A stretch of 64,000 nt of DNA from positions 61,814,001 through 61,878,000 of the forward strand of contig OZ260661.1 of the NCBI GenBank assembly GCA_965285935.1, given 5' to 3'. The notes under the pieces were generated by a model. It searched no databases, had not been told where the DNA came from, and saw only the letters and a list, made by a program, of their open reading frames with translations. Source of the stretch: Ophelia neglecta (lineage: Eukaryota). Positions 1 to 14,000 of the stretch are shown here, in pieces; positions within the stretch are counted from its first letter, which is position 1; each line of letters opens with the position of its first letter. The position numbers and the translations under genes are program-made.

Positions 1-3000
1 AGCACCCTCTGAACTGTTATTTTTTATTTGTACAACATGCAAAGGGGTGTTGTGTAGTAATTGTTTAATGAGTTGATATCTGCCCGGTGCAGAAGCATTG
101 GTCTGGTGTCTGGGAAAGTGTGCGTCCTTCCCAGATTGCGTGTCATGCCATTGTCATTTTAATGCTGCATGTGCTGGGGTTCATTTACATGGAGGTATGT
201 TTTAGTTACCTTAGCAGGTTTAATCGCCCATGCAAGTCTGTGGGATGCTGATAGGAGCTGCCAACAAAAGATTGACGTGTGCCTATTGTCAATATTTTGT
301 GACCGTGATCTCAGAGATTTGCCGAGGGCAGCATGCCGAATGGCATGATAATATCCAATGTAATACACTGAACACCTTCTGGAACTACTGCCACAGAATT
401 TCTTTTGTACTGGGCCTTATTGCCTGGGTAACTGTTAATGAACTTGATAAAAATGCAATCTTGAGACTAAAATATTACCATTCAAATTCATGCCACACAA
501 TGATGCTTTGCCTGTCTACTCTTCAAGTCCAACAGTATAATACCACCTTAAGCCTAACACAGGTATCTGACACACACACAAATGCAAGAGTTCTTTACAA
601 GGATAAAAAAAACCAAAGCAGATTTGTGTTTGTTTTTGCTGCAGAGTTGGGTAGATTTGGCCCATATAAGGCAGCGATGCCATTGATAGGTGCTGCCCTA
701 GAGACCTGATCGAAGGCTGCATCCAGCCAAGATCCAATCTTCAATCAAGGTACCAGATGTCAACCTAGGCCATGTGGCTCTGCCCACTAATTAAATATTC
801 TGCATTCAGTCCTTCTAATCAAGTTTTCTGTGAAAAGCTACTGTTTTTGATGAAATTCACAGGTCTAGCTGGTCATTTGCCTAATTGGAAAAACTAAAAG
901 AAACCACAATTGAAAATGCAGCAGGGGTTATTGGAACAGTTAAGCCCAGGGTGAGACATGGATTGTGTCTTCCTGACATCTCCAGATCATTTGAATGTGT
1001 GTGAGAGAAATTGTCTGATCGGTGGATCAATAACTTTATATTAAAAATTAATCAAATGTATCAAAATACAAATTGATGTTGCTTTGTCTGTTTGGCGGGA
1101 TAATCTTCAGAGTATTAGACAGGGATTTCTGAAACTGACCAGGTTCATAGCAGACTGAATTTGTTATTAACATCCAATATCATACTTGTCACTGTAGATG
1201 TAGGTGACTAATCACAGTTTGTCATGTTTAAAGGCTAAGGGGCATCTACCCAATAGGCTCTACAGAGTAAACTCACCTCCTAAATTGTTTGAATGGTGAA
1301 TCACCTATCACAAGATTTCTCTAACTACATCAAATGCAGTATCCAATGAAGAAATTCTTGAACAGTTTGTACCTTTGTTTTGGCTTTGATTCATGATATC
1401 ACCTTTATTGCTGCATATTTATCATAAAATGCTGGGTGGCTGGTTCCATTAGTGGTTCCCCAAAGTGTTTAGAACATTTACCTATTCAGGCAGAAGTGAT
1501 GCAGGGACCCCATATGGGAGGCCCCATCTGTGAGGTAGATTACCAGGCTGGCTGGTCAGTCAGCCTGTCAACTTGTGACACATATTGTCAGATGAAATTA
1601 GAATCTAATAAGATTTTGGTCACTTTTCCCAGATATTTGTTAAGGTGTGTTTCTGTTGGCAAGCCAGGTTGCAGCAATTTAAGGCATCTACATTTCTCCA
1701 TTAAGCATGGTCGTTAAATTTATGCAGCCCCGATCAGAAGAAATCTGATCTAGTTTGCAGCAAACCCTTGGGTTCTCCATAATATGGTGTTATATGGACA
1801 TTTATCATTTTTATGTCCTACCAAATTTAGAAGGTGTTTGGTTAACATAGGGATTTATAAGAAAGGTTTTTTCAGGTACTTAATTTTACACGCCCATAAA
1901 CTCGAATGTATTACATTTTATTTCTGTAAAAATTTAGTGGTACATGCATATACTGACGTTATTAAAGCTAAAGGTGTGGAATTTTATTGAACATAAGAAA
2001 TATAAAATCCCATCAGCTTGGCATATTGCTTGGGATGACAAAATGAACTGATGCCATTCCATTTATTCCACATCAGTGTGTCGCTGGTTTGATATAAGTT
2101 TGACGCCAGACATTAGGCGTAGAATCGACTATGACATAATCTGTGTAATCTGTGGCATTTGCTATGGTACTGCTAGCACTGATAAACTGCCAACCTGCCA
2201 AATTTTCTGATTGGCTATGGTTTACATGGCATGGCTATAGGTATCAATAGAGTAACATAATCAGTGTATGGCATATCTCTGTATGGCACATGTGCTCCAG
2301 ATTAAGTCCTGTTCCATCCACTGTGGTGTTTTGTTTATTTTTGTCTGAGGTGTCTAATATGCATTGATTGCACAAATGCATTAATCCTGCTCTCATCTGG
2401 GTAAAGTAAAGTGAAGATGTCAGCCCTTGTGAGTCAGGCTGGCTGATATCAACACTCTGTGTGACCTTTAGTAAACTACATTGTACTCGTGTTTTAACAA
2501 AAAGAGATAAATTGAAAGTATGAATAGAGTCAGGGTCCTCATCACAGCCATGGCTTTGATCATATAAGAGGCTTTTAGATGTATATATATATAGGTATTT
2601 TCATTCTGATAATTTTGCTGATAATAAGTCAGTATGTTTACTAAGTAAGTTGTGAAATTGCTCATAAATAGAAAAAAAAAATTCCATGGATAGGATTACA
2701 GAAATGACTGCGTAGGACTCTTGACACTTACTTGTGGTTAATGCTTGGGTGTGTGTAGTAGCATACTAATATTCAATATCAAATTATTGGTTGATTTACA
2801 TGTATACACAATATTGGTGTATGTGTACATGTACATATTCATGTATTGAGTCATGATTCAAGTATTGGGTTTGTGTATTGATGACAAACAGGTGGAGACT
2901 GTCAACTAGACACAAACATATTATTTTCACAAAACTAACTAGTATTTTCGCTTTATCAAGGCCACCAGCTTTATGAACACATAAACCATGGAATTCAGTA

Positions 3001-3845
3001 CCTTAAATTGCTAGTGCTATAATCATGGCATTATTATAGGTGATGATAAAGTTCAAATTTTATCTGATGAATTCATTGTACTTGTCAACCGTGGTATGGT
3101 TCGGCAATCATCTTTGTGCTAGCTCCGGAAACAGCGAGGTAATTTTGTTGGAATAGTGGTAGTATAATTTGTGTAACTGCAAGATAGATAAATGCAAACT
3201 ATGTGATCATCATGTGATAAATGACAATTTGCAAAATTGTACTCCCGCATCACTCTACCTTATCGTAATACCCCTTGGTAAAACACTGCCCATGCAGTAC
3301 ATGCGAGCTGTCCAGTGTCCATGGCAAACTCGCGCTGACCACAGCACCACCATACATGTATTTGTGTACTTTGATCTTTAAAACCTGTTTATGTATTCTG
3401 GTTGATTTATATTATGATTGAAAATATTGTACAGTATGATCTTAAAATTAATTTATGCATCCAGTTGAACTACTTTCATCTGCATATAAAATTTTTATTA
3501 CCTTGATCAATGTTACACTAGTGAATAGTCTGCTGGAAGTGACTACAAACTCGCTTCTATACTGCGATGATATTGTTGTAATCCACATAGCTTTTAATCT
3601 GGAAAAGCCCAATATAATTAACAAGAATTTTGAAGTTGATACACGTTGTTTCTTGCGAGTACATGTACATTAATAAAGAATATTGTCACAACTACAGTGT
3701 AAGTGTGTCTGTCATTTACCGTTTACTCTTTGATCTGGTTTAAAGGTATTTCCTCTTCAGTCTATTGATTAGTATCATCAACCACCATGTATTGTGGTTA
3801 CTTTTATGAAGTGGAATAATTGTCCCCATTTGATTGCCTTTCATT

Positions 3846-4233
3846 CAGGTAGTCACGCAGCCCTCATCATGACAATTTCCAGGTAAACGATCAAACACTC
3901 ATTGCCTTAATTGGGTATTTATTATCCGCCCCGCCTAATCCTATTAACTGCGTTACCTGAGCAAATAGTCCTTTGTTCTCAGGTGTGTGTAATGACAATC
4001 ACTAAACAAATGATTGTTGTTGAGGTGGCAGTTCTACACGGACTGATAAGCGTATCATATCGGCATGCAATCGATGTCACACTGGGCGGAGATTGGACCC
4101 AGGTGAGGCGCTGATTGATTCTGATTGGCTCGCCAGGTGTACTGATTGATGGGCGTGATGTGTGCGGCCACATCAGCAGGTGAGAGACAGGTTAGAGTGG
4201 AGGAATGAGAATGTCGCAGGTGACAGATACCTG
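3846..4233. promoter_or_regulatory. Dense cis-regulatory module (ZEB E2-boxes, GC boxes, CCAAT, Pbx/Meis-type sites)
   Basis: Nine CAGGTR/YACCTG hexamers, GC boxes at 3926 and 4084, ATTGG at 4092 and 4124, TGATTGAT at 4112 and 4143, TGACAG at 4221; CpGs are locally retained. Confidence 0.55.
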
Positions 4234-5512
4234 CTCTCATTCGCCTCCTTCATCTTTTAACCTTTCAGCCATGTTGTGCCTGTGATCATGTTTATCTTAA
4301 TAGAGTTATATGTATACTTAGTTTTAATTCATCTGTATACTTTTTAAAGAAGATTTCAGTTTAGATTTTCTTTGTACTATACCACTGATTGATTTATTTT
4401 TAAAATGCTGTCAAGATAACTAGTATATATTTTTCTTATGGACAGGTACTGCTTTATTAATGAAGGCTTGAATCAAAAAAAATCTTTTGTTTTGTAACAA
4501 TAGTTAGTTACGGGTGTTGTGTTATCTGCGAAAGATAATATTGCAGCATAATTTTATCAGGTTAATGATTGTCAATTTATGCCTGCATGTATTTTAAAAT
4601 TGGCTTATGAGGTATATTGGACAGCAAGTATATAATTTTGTGCTTGTCAAGCACTCAGATCACCAGAGTGAGATGGGCCATCCTGTGAGGAGGGATAAGG
4701 TTGAGATGGTGTCAGTGTGGGAGGGGTCAGGCAGGGGTCACCTTGTAGTAGGCTGGTTCATGTACTATGGGTCTCTGACTAGCAGACAATGCAGTATTGT
4801 TTTAGATTTGCATGCAGGTCCCAATCCGGCTTTGGCTGCCTATCTTCTATCAACAATGGCTGGAAGTGCAGCTTTTTATCTACCGTTGTGCATGCTTCTT
4901 ATGTGTTTTAACTGCGTGTTCATATAATTTCTATTCATTGAATGATTAATTCCATAGAGTGGTAAACTAAAACAGGAAATAAATTTTACAGAGTAAATAT
5001 TTACTCAACACTCATGAGCCAAAAATTGGCATATTAACTAGTACAATTTTTTGTTAGATGGCTAAAAATTCAACTTATTCTTGGAAAAAAATGCTCTGCA
5101 ACACAGTATTAATCATCATCAATTTAATTTGAGGTGACATTAAACCTGAAATGTTCATTTTCATTTAAATAGCATGATCTTACATGGTTTATTTCATGCC
5201 CTGACGAAACTGGTGGTATTAAGGGTGTGAGTGTTATTCTGACTATAAAAGTAATTGCCAAATTCAGAATTACATCAGCTACTTTTGTGGATAACATCTA
5301 CCTAAATTATTGTGGCTTCATTATATGGTATTCATCCCTGTGTAACATTTGACATGACTCACAGACTTAATTCTCTTCCAACCTGGCCATGATGAGGAAA
5401 TAGTTTTGTGCTTGCAAATTTGTGCTGAAACAGCCAAATTGGAGCACAGAGGTCTAATAACTTAATTTAGTTGCCAGGACAGTTTATAGAGGATGTACAC
5501 ACGATTACCTAT

Positions 5513-5735
5513 TGTCTCGATGGCTGAATGGTAATGTGCTTGGCCTGTTCAGCAGTAGCAAGGTCTGTCTATACCCATGTGTAGCTGATAACAAGGCAGT
5601 TATCTACCCGCCTAAATAGTATAGAACAAACACTTCACCTAGTATGTAAATAGTGGCAACCACATCACTCAAGAGAGTAGGCACATTTGATATGAAAAGA
5701 ATATGTGACTTAAACAGTTAAAGTAACCAACTCAA
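5513..5735 (+). mobile_element. Possible degenerate tRNA-derived SINE
   Basis: Begins with a Pol III A-box-like TGGCTGAATGG and ends in an A/C-rich tail; no clear B-box. Confidence 0.25.
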
Positions 5736-7999
5736 GATAGATTTAACACAATGTGCTCAGTAGTAGCAAATGACTTTAAGGAGCATTAAAGTGGGAAAAT
5801 CAGTTTGGAAATGGGCGACAGTCATTTTTAATGAGCTTGTGGTTAGTTTCAATGACTTAAACAATCTACAGTAGTTTAAATTTCAATTGTGGTCCCCAAT
5901 TTAAGGCTAATTACGGTGATTAGGCACTATCAGTAATATCTACCAGGTAACACAAAGGTAATACGTCTTGTGGTCACAAGAAGATCGTGTGCCAGTGAAG
6001 CCTGACCGCCTGTCGTAGCCGCTCTCAATTGGCGCTCGGCTACAATTGCATGATGAGTCCCATTGTTAGTTGTACAAATGACACCTTTGGAATATCTCAT
6101 TATGTACCAATCATGTTCTTACTCTAGAGAATTATAGCATGCACAACTAGTGTGAGTAATTTATGGTATTCACTTAAAGTGGTTAATTGTGTGATGGAAA
6201 ATTGCTTCAATTATTGCCAAATTGCATTTTGAAGCATCTCAAAACTGTAATATACTGGTCTTGGTGTTTGATTGTCGCTAAAAATTCATTACCTAACTAG
6301 CTGATGGTATGACAGATATACATGTAAATATCAAGTTCAGATATTTTTTCCTATGATTCATGAGGGATGATATCTCAATTCTTTATTTTTAGACAGTTGC
6401 AGTATTTTATTAGTAACCATAGACCTAACTAAATACTAAGGCTAGCGAATAACACCGACTCAGCTGCGACTACGAAAACAAAATAAAAGGAATTTTTGGT
6501 TTTCTTACTGATTTCCCTGTTGATGTGATTTCCAATTAAGGAAGTAATGTTATTTGATAATTTCACTATATTCAGGTCTATATGGTATTAGAACAAGGAT
6601 GGTAAGTGATAACATGGGATGTGACAGTGAAACTGAAACTTTGTATCACATGAATGGTATGCCCAATATAACACAATACTCCTCCTTGACTTCAAATATA
6701 TTTTATCAAAGAAAACACCACGATATGGTATTGCAAACATTAGGATACTCTTATTTGTTTTTTTGGCAGACATGATGAATTAGGTTGCCAGAAAGACTAA
6801 CACACAGGAGTGCTCAATAAAGCATTTTGTTTTGGCTAATCAGATAATCAGATACAAATTTTTGTTTAGTCTCTGTGTCTACTTCTCTCCTGGTGCCCTG
6901 CCTTAGTCACGTAGGCTGAGAGCAAGTCACGGTGGAATACTGTGATAAGCTCCGGCAGGTGGATATTCATGTTTGCCACCAATAATCCCTCACTCCCCTG
7001 TCTCACAGTAATATGAACCGCAGCCTTTCTTGTGCTGAAAGTATTTCCAATTATGCACATATGCAGTATATATTCTCCAGCCCAGGTCGATGCAGCTGTC
7101 CTGTGTCCCCACCGGACCTCTACCTTTCCACCTTAGGTATGTGACTGCCTGGTACAAGACCCTCCCTCAGCTCAACCCTGGGTACAATGTGTGATATCAG
7201 CTCGGCAGGGGACCTGAGGTAGAAATGACTGAAACAGTTGACATTCTTGTTTACAAATATCTGATTTAATCATAACTCTTTGAACAGTTGATAGAGGACT
7301 GCCGAATGGTAGAGTTAAACAGGTGGCTCTGGATACATCTCTTTTCACTTAGTCACATACTCACTAGTTTGGAAAGTAATTTGTTTTATAAGTAGATGAA
7401 ACATCCATGTCCTTGTAGCTGAATCATGTCTCAACTGAGAAGTCATTAATTATGTTCAGTACGGTTAAGAGTGAAAGCTGAGACTTTAGAACCAGGTGGA
7501 ACATTCAAGTTTAAATGTATGAGAGGCAGGTCTAATCTTCTAGAACGTAGACTTCAAGATATATTAGATGTGGCCTGGTACTTTGAAACCATTGACATGA
7601 GTGTGGCATATATGAAAAGTTTATATAGTGCCAAATGAAGGAGTGCACGTTTTGTTGAAAGAATCCTTCTAATGGTGTGAACCGTGCAGAACTTATGAGT
7701 CATTGTATATCCATAGCCTAAAAGAGGGAAAAAATATATCTGAACAGTATTTTTTATTCCATAAATATTTAGTTATATGCATTGATCAACCACAAACACA
7801 TGCAAGTTTCCCACTTTTATAGGAGTGGCGATATCCCGTGTGACATGCCCACATTGCCCGGGTGTTTGTGTTACAAATGGGGGGAAGAGAGTTGGTTGAC
7901 AACAAGAACATCCTCTGAGTAGCTGTAGCACCCCTATAACCCACATGTACACAAGTGCTTACAGCATCCTGCTATTGCTCGGCTCTTGGATGCTTGGGG

Positions 8000-8013
8000 G
8001 TTGCCATGGAAAC
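8000..8013. promoter_or_regulatory. RFX X-box GTTGCCATGGAAAC
   Basis: 14-bp match to the RFX consensus GTNRCC-N(0-3)-RGYAAC family palindrome. Confidence 0.5.
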
Positions 8014-11000
8014 AGAATAAATCCTCAGCCTGCAGCTGCCCTCTGCTTGTGCTTGCAGAAAAGATGATCCTGAGCTTACCATTGCCTTAGCTGCATTACA
8101 AATATACGCTCTTTTACTGGATCAGTATCAGATCTAGGAACTTTATAATTATCTTAATTCAGGATGTTAGATAGAAATGTCTTTGATTACCAAGCCTAAG
8201 TTAGTTGATGAGGTTTAAATACTTCCTTAAATCACACTTCTAATGTACATACATGTACATGTTTATTTATGCTTGTGCCTTCTACACTTCTGATAAATAA
8301 TCTGTCCACTCACCAGCTTACAAACAGTGCATTGAGATCAGTTTTGGTATAAAAGTAGTCCTCCTTCAATGTCTTTGTCATATTTGTTTTAAACAAACAC
8401 GCTTTAAACTTATTTAAAATTGTTTTCTTAACAATGGCTTGCTGGGCTGACCATTTAAAGTGTTTGTATTAAATTCAGGATATGTTGATGTAGTTTATCA
8501 GATTGATATATTCCTTTGAATATCAATGTACACCATTGACAGAACACAGTAGGCAGGCAAACACACATATCATGATCTCAGAGCAGGTTTGGTTAGTCCA
8601 GGGTGATTGTTTACATAGGTAAGCAGATTACCTGGGAAGGTGGGCTTTGATTGTTTCAATTGGACAGGCAGATCAAATAGCAGGACCCCCTCCAGAGGTT
8701 GAAATGGATGCAGTACAGCCTTGGCACATGGCAGACAGGTGGGGAAGTTAGCAAACAGATGTAATCACACAGGGGGCTTAGTGAGGGGATGTGTTCAAGG
8801 TAGCCAAGAAGGAAGGCAGACAGATCACTGCTTATCAAAGCGGGAAGACCCTGATCTGTCTTTTGAAGATTTGGGACACAAGAAGCAATGTGGACAGAAG
8901 GGCCTGGAGGATGCTCTGAGGGAAGTCCGAGGACCCTAGTGAGACTACACTCCAAAACCAATGAATTGTGTGGACAACAAGGACCAGACATGGTTGACTG
9001 TACTCAGATCAATATTGATAGGTATGAGTCACTATGGAGCCAAATTGGATGCAACCAAATGTGTCTGGATAAAGATCACAGTATTCAGTCACTGGCAATT
9101 CTCTAAGAAGGAACTTTCAGATCTTGATATGGGCTAAGGTGATTTGTCAGACGTGTAATTGTGGCCGCTCCACTCTGACTAAGCTGAGTTATTATCCAAA
9201 ATTAGTCGCATTGATCCCGATACATCCCTTTGAGTCTTTACTTCAAATTTGTCCAAATTTGTGGCAGTTTGGTATTGTCAATGATAAATATGAGGCACGT
9301 TATGAGGCATGTTTGCGATTTTGGAGTCCTGTACTGGAGCAATTATATTGGAGCACTTCCTGGCATTGGAGTGTGTCTGTCTGCTTAATTAGGGCTGTGG
9401 GTGATAAACGAGCCTCACAGTACAATACACCTAGGCAATTCAGACTCCTATTATGGCCACCATTGCTTACTTTCAATAGGTACTTCATACCTCCTAAATT
9501 GCTGCATGGGGGCTTATGTAATTACAGAGTCAGCCAGCAAAGTAAATTTATTTTTGATTGTCAGTGAAATTGATTATGAATATAGGGGAAATGTTATCAG
9601 AACCCTTGTTATATCAATGTCTGAATATTGGTGCCACCTTTGTAATTCATTGATGCAGTTTTTGCTCAAAAAAAGTTCCACTAATTTCAAACCACATTGT
9701 TGAAGAATGAGATTACACTTGATTGATTTTGTTGTTTCATTAGATTAGGTAGGTACTTTAGTCTGATGAGATGGATATAAGTAAACATGGAAATATTCAT
9801 GTTTCATAAATCAGTGTGAAAATTGATTAAATGCCTTTCACCTGCTGCAATGAAAGTGATTTTCTGCCACATGTGAGGTCCCAATGGGAGTATATCATGT
9901 CGGCACCAAATGGTCTGCAGCCTCGATTTACCTCAACAGTTATCTCATCTAAAACACCTTGCACTCATTAAAATTTGCATTAATTCTGACTGGCTCTGAC
10001 ATTTTGACAATGTTATCAGGATCGCCATCCTGTTTATCTGAGCGGATATCAGGGTATTAAACTCAGGGAGAATTAAGGAGCCATCATATTTGGTGTCATG
10101 AGTAGTCAACCTGTATTTCCTACACACAAACCTGATAGCACCAGCATATCAACCATGTTGGTAGACAATTTACTTTGCAATTAAGTCCCTCTGCCACTCT
10201 GTGATAATTATTCATTCTGTCTTTCTTTGAAGAGCTTTGTCAGTTGTTTTTGACAGAAAGTGTTTGTAGGGTAGCCATTTCCTGTGTTATAAGTTGGCAT
10301 AATACATCCTCATCCTATTTGCACACCTATCTCTGTGGATGGATTTGACAACTCTCAGGAAATAGAACATGTAACATTTGTGAAGAGGGGTGGAAGGTAG
10401 TAACTCTCTACCAGGTTGACAGAAGTTTGGCTGGTGGTTGGCTTTTTAACTAATTTGTGAGAAAAAAAATCTGGCAATGAATTTACCCTCTTTCGAAACA
10501 ATAATCAAAAGCATCATTTGCGATGTTTCAGAATTTAAGTGACTAAAAGTGGACTATTCTTAATCCTTGTGCCCGAGCATTGTAAGTTCCTGGAAAGCTG
10601 CCACCCCTTTTGTAAATGGGCTGGCTCAAGGTGTGTGACATAAAGGGGCCTAGGTGTGCCAGACTGAGCATCACTTTCCAGGTGGACACACACTGCCTAA
10701 GTCAAACTTTGCTGCAGATATCCCACTCCTCCCATGTCAGCATCAGCAGCTGATTCTAAGAGCAGTCAAGTCTTTTTACCAAGGGACTGGCACAGAAGTG
10801 ATTCATGCATGTTTGTTAGTTTTGTTTTCTTTATAACTTGGGGTAATTTGAAGTCAAGTGGTTGAGTGAAGTTTTCGAGCAGCTCATCTCGGAGGGGAGA
10901 GAGATCTTCAGCATGGTTGAATGGCATTTTGTTTTAGGTGAGTTGTATGTTTTTTTTCAACAATATTGGTCTTCTTGCTTTATTTGTTGTTACTTTTGAA

Positions 11001-14000
11001 GGAAGCACCTTTATTTTTGGTGCACACAGGTGGAAATGCAGGAAATTAAACTGTCATGTAATAAGTGACAGAAATGATAGCCAGACTGGTATGAAAATAC
11101 AGGGGCTTTTGATATTCTGTTCATGTGCTGTTGTTGCAAATATGACATCAGTCAATTAGAGCTGCCTGTTGCATGTATAAATTCCACCTGAGTGTGCTTC
11201 TGGTTCTGTCGTATAAAAGCCTTTTGGTGGTGTGTGAATGCCACTTGTTCTAACAACACCAGTATAAATGATGGATGATGGATCACCCAAATTCACCTGG
11301 TTCTGTGTGCAAAACACTCCAATCTTGTGATATATGGGGCCAAATATGACATTCTGTAAATTGAGTTTTGTCTTTTTTATGGAGAATTATCCTCATACGA
11401 CCTTTTCTATCCTGGCTGTGGACGGTGGTTTGATTTGAAATTTCAGATCCACTTGCATTGCTGTAGTATTCATTTTTTATTGGACAAATATGTTGCCATT
11501 TCACATTCTGAACATATATTTATTGTACTATACAGATAGTTTGCTCTCACAAAATGTGAAAGGTAAACCAGTTTATTAGATTCTGTATTTGATTTCTTTG
11601 ACATAACCTCTGGCATCTGAGAGGTGGTTCCACTCTTGCCATGTAAAGACTTGAGCAGTCATTGGGAAAAAATGCTGTAAAAAGAGACCCACTGATTTTT
11701 ATCATCAGACATGAAGTGGGCTTATTGTGACCATAAAAGCTATCGTAAGATGAACATGATTAAGTTAAGCTGAAAAGAAATCCTGGTGCAGCATTATAAG
11801 AGTCGGCATTTATTACTAATATTTGGATAATTGGAAAATATTTAAGATTTCTTGTATAGATTGTGCTCTCCCTTAGTCTGATAATAGCATCTTGATTTTA
11901 CTATTATATAAAGCTAGATTGTCAGTCACCTCACTCATAGTATAAGGCAAGGCATGTTCTAGGGCTTCAATGAGAAAAATTACCTCTTTTGAATGTTTCA
12001 ACTTGACAACTTAACGATTCTTTTCAATGGTGTAATCCCAAGTTAAAGGCCATTTCTAATCAATTTAATATTCCTATTATTTACTTTTCTATAAGCCATT
12101 CTCATTATTATAATTTGGGTGACTAGGCCAACTGGTCAGTTATGTGAACACATGGCGTGGTCAGCTGGTGGTGGTCATCTGGCCACTGTCCAGTTCTTTC
12201 ACTTGGTCAACTTTCATCTCCCTCCATGGCGTTGACTTACCTAGCCAGCCACTAACACTTCACACAGGAATAATGACAAGATCTTTCATTCACAGGTGTT
12301 TAGAACTGCTAGCTTTTGTTCCTACCAGCACTGAGGTTTACAGGTTCACTAGCCTTGTGAAAGTGTGGCACACCACTCAGAGCCTCTATTATGCCGCACC
12401 CCTGGGGGTATGTTTGGCGAGGGAAAAACTTTATTAAAGGTTACAATCCCACTCTGCGGGTGAAAGTTGTAGTTTGACCTCAGGTGAAATCAGCTTGTCA
12501 ACTACAGACCACATGCTGCTCTTATAATCTGGCAATTCCCTTGTATCACATGAATTGTGACAATTGTCCTTGTCTGTCTCATGTGAAATTGTTTACCATC
12601 AACATATAAAGCATGGCGCGGTTTAAAACTCATGTTGGTAAATAAATAAAACAAAACTAGAAATCTAGCAGAAAGTGCTGTCTCTATTGTTCGGAGTCGA
12701 TGTCTTGTTCAATAAATGTCCAGATGGGTAGACACTGAGCCAGGTAATAGGATCCTCACCGAGTGCCCAAGGAGGTCCTTATAGGCAGATGTGGGTATCA
12801 CTCTTTATACCTTGTTCCAACCTCTTAATTGTCAGGAGCAATGATCTCATTATGCATAAAACCCCAGGTATTCTGTATCAAGTAAATCTGGCCGTGTATT
12901 TCAGTCCACTTACCAAAAGAGTGCCATCTTCAGTGTGTAATTGATACTATTCAGAGCAACAAAATTTTTGACATGAAGGAGATTTTTTTTTATTCTGTGG
13001 TGAAAAAAATTGTATCCCAATTCCCACTTTGGGTTTTGCTTGTCATTTTGTTGTATTGGTTTTGTTGTTTGATAGGAGACAAAGAGCCATTTGATATGAA
13101 GGTGCAAGGGGATTATAGGCTGAGGCCTAATCCCATGAAGAGGTAATCCCCTGAGTGCCGTATTGACAGGGTTTGCAGAGGTGTCCCATAGGTGTTTAGT
13201 ACTATCAGAAACTAGTGGACTAATGTCCCATCTTGTCATTCACTTTGTTTGGTGAGCTCTAGAACAAATGGCCTCTGCTTTGTACATGCCATTTGTCCTT
13301 TGTGATCATAACACATCATTTACATAATTTTCATAATTTCTGACCATTGCTTTGGCAGTATGATTGTCATAAATTTCCCCAAAGGTCCTGTAGATCACAG
13401 AACTGTGCAATACGATCCCTTGAGGAACTCCTCAATCCTGCTGCCTTCAACTGCAGAATGAATTCCACCTGTCTGAGATTTGCATATTTTTCTCATTTCA
13501 AGGTGATTTCAGAGGGAATTAGAAAAAAAATCTCTGCCAAGAACAAACAATAACCTCTCAAATAATTGGGGTTAGTCCATCCCATTGTTGATTCAATTGT
13601 TTGATCTAGAATTTGTAAGCAATCGTGTTAAATGATAATATCGGGGATGAGGTGGGATGAGTACAAAGCATTGTAGTCATTATTCTCAGAATAGGATCAA
13701 AACAAACGTTATTTAAGTGCAAGTTTGGCCCTAGGGAAGGCAGGTAATAAACATTTTTCCTTTCATGTTTTACCTATCGGATAATTATAACCAGAGGATA
13801 TGGCGGTGAGGCGGGGCAGGCGGCTAAAAATGACCACCTGCCCAACCACCATACGCCATAATGATAAATGATGTCCCTCAAAAACAAAGACAATCAGGTG
13901 ACTTCAGACAATGAGTGATAATGAATCATCTATTCATGTGAGGTAAGAACAAAGTTGGCTGGGAAAAAAAGACTATTTATTAGGATGGATGTAATTTGGG

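Noticed and set aside
230-709. 159-aa ORF
   Set aside because: No recognisable domain and no convincing splice context; consistent with a chance ORF.
9124-9567. 147-aa ORF
   Set aside because: Non-ATG start, no homology cues, intronic composition.
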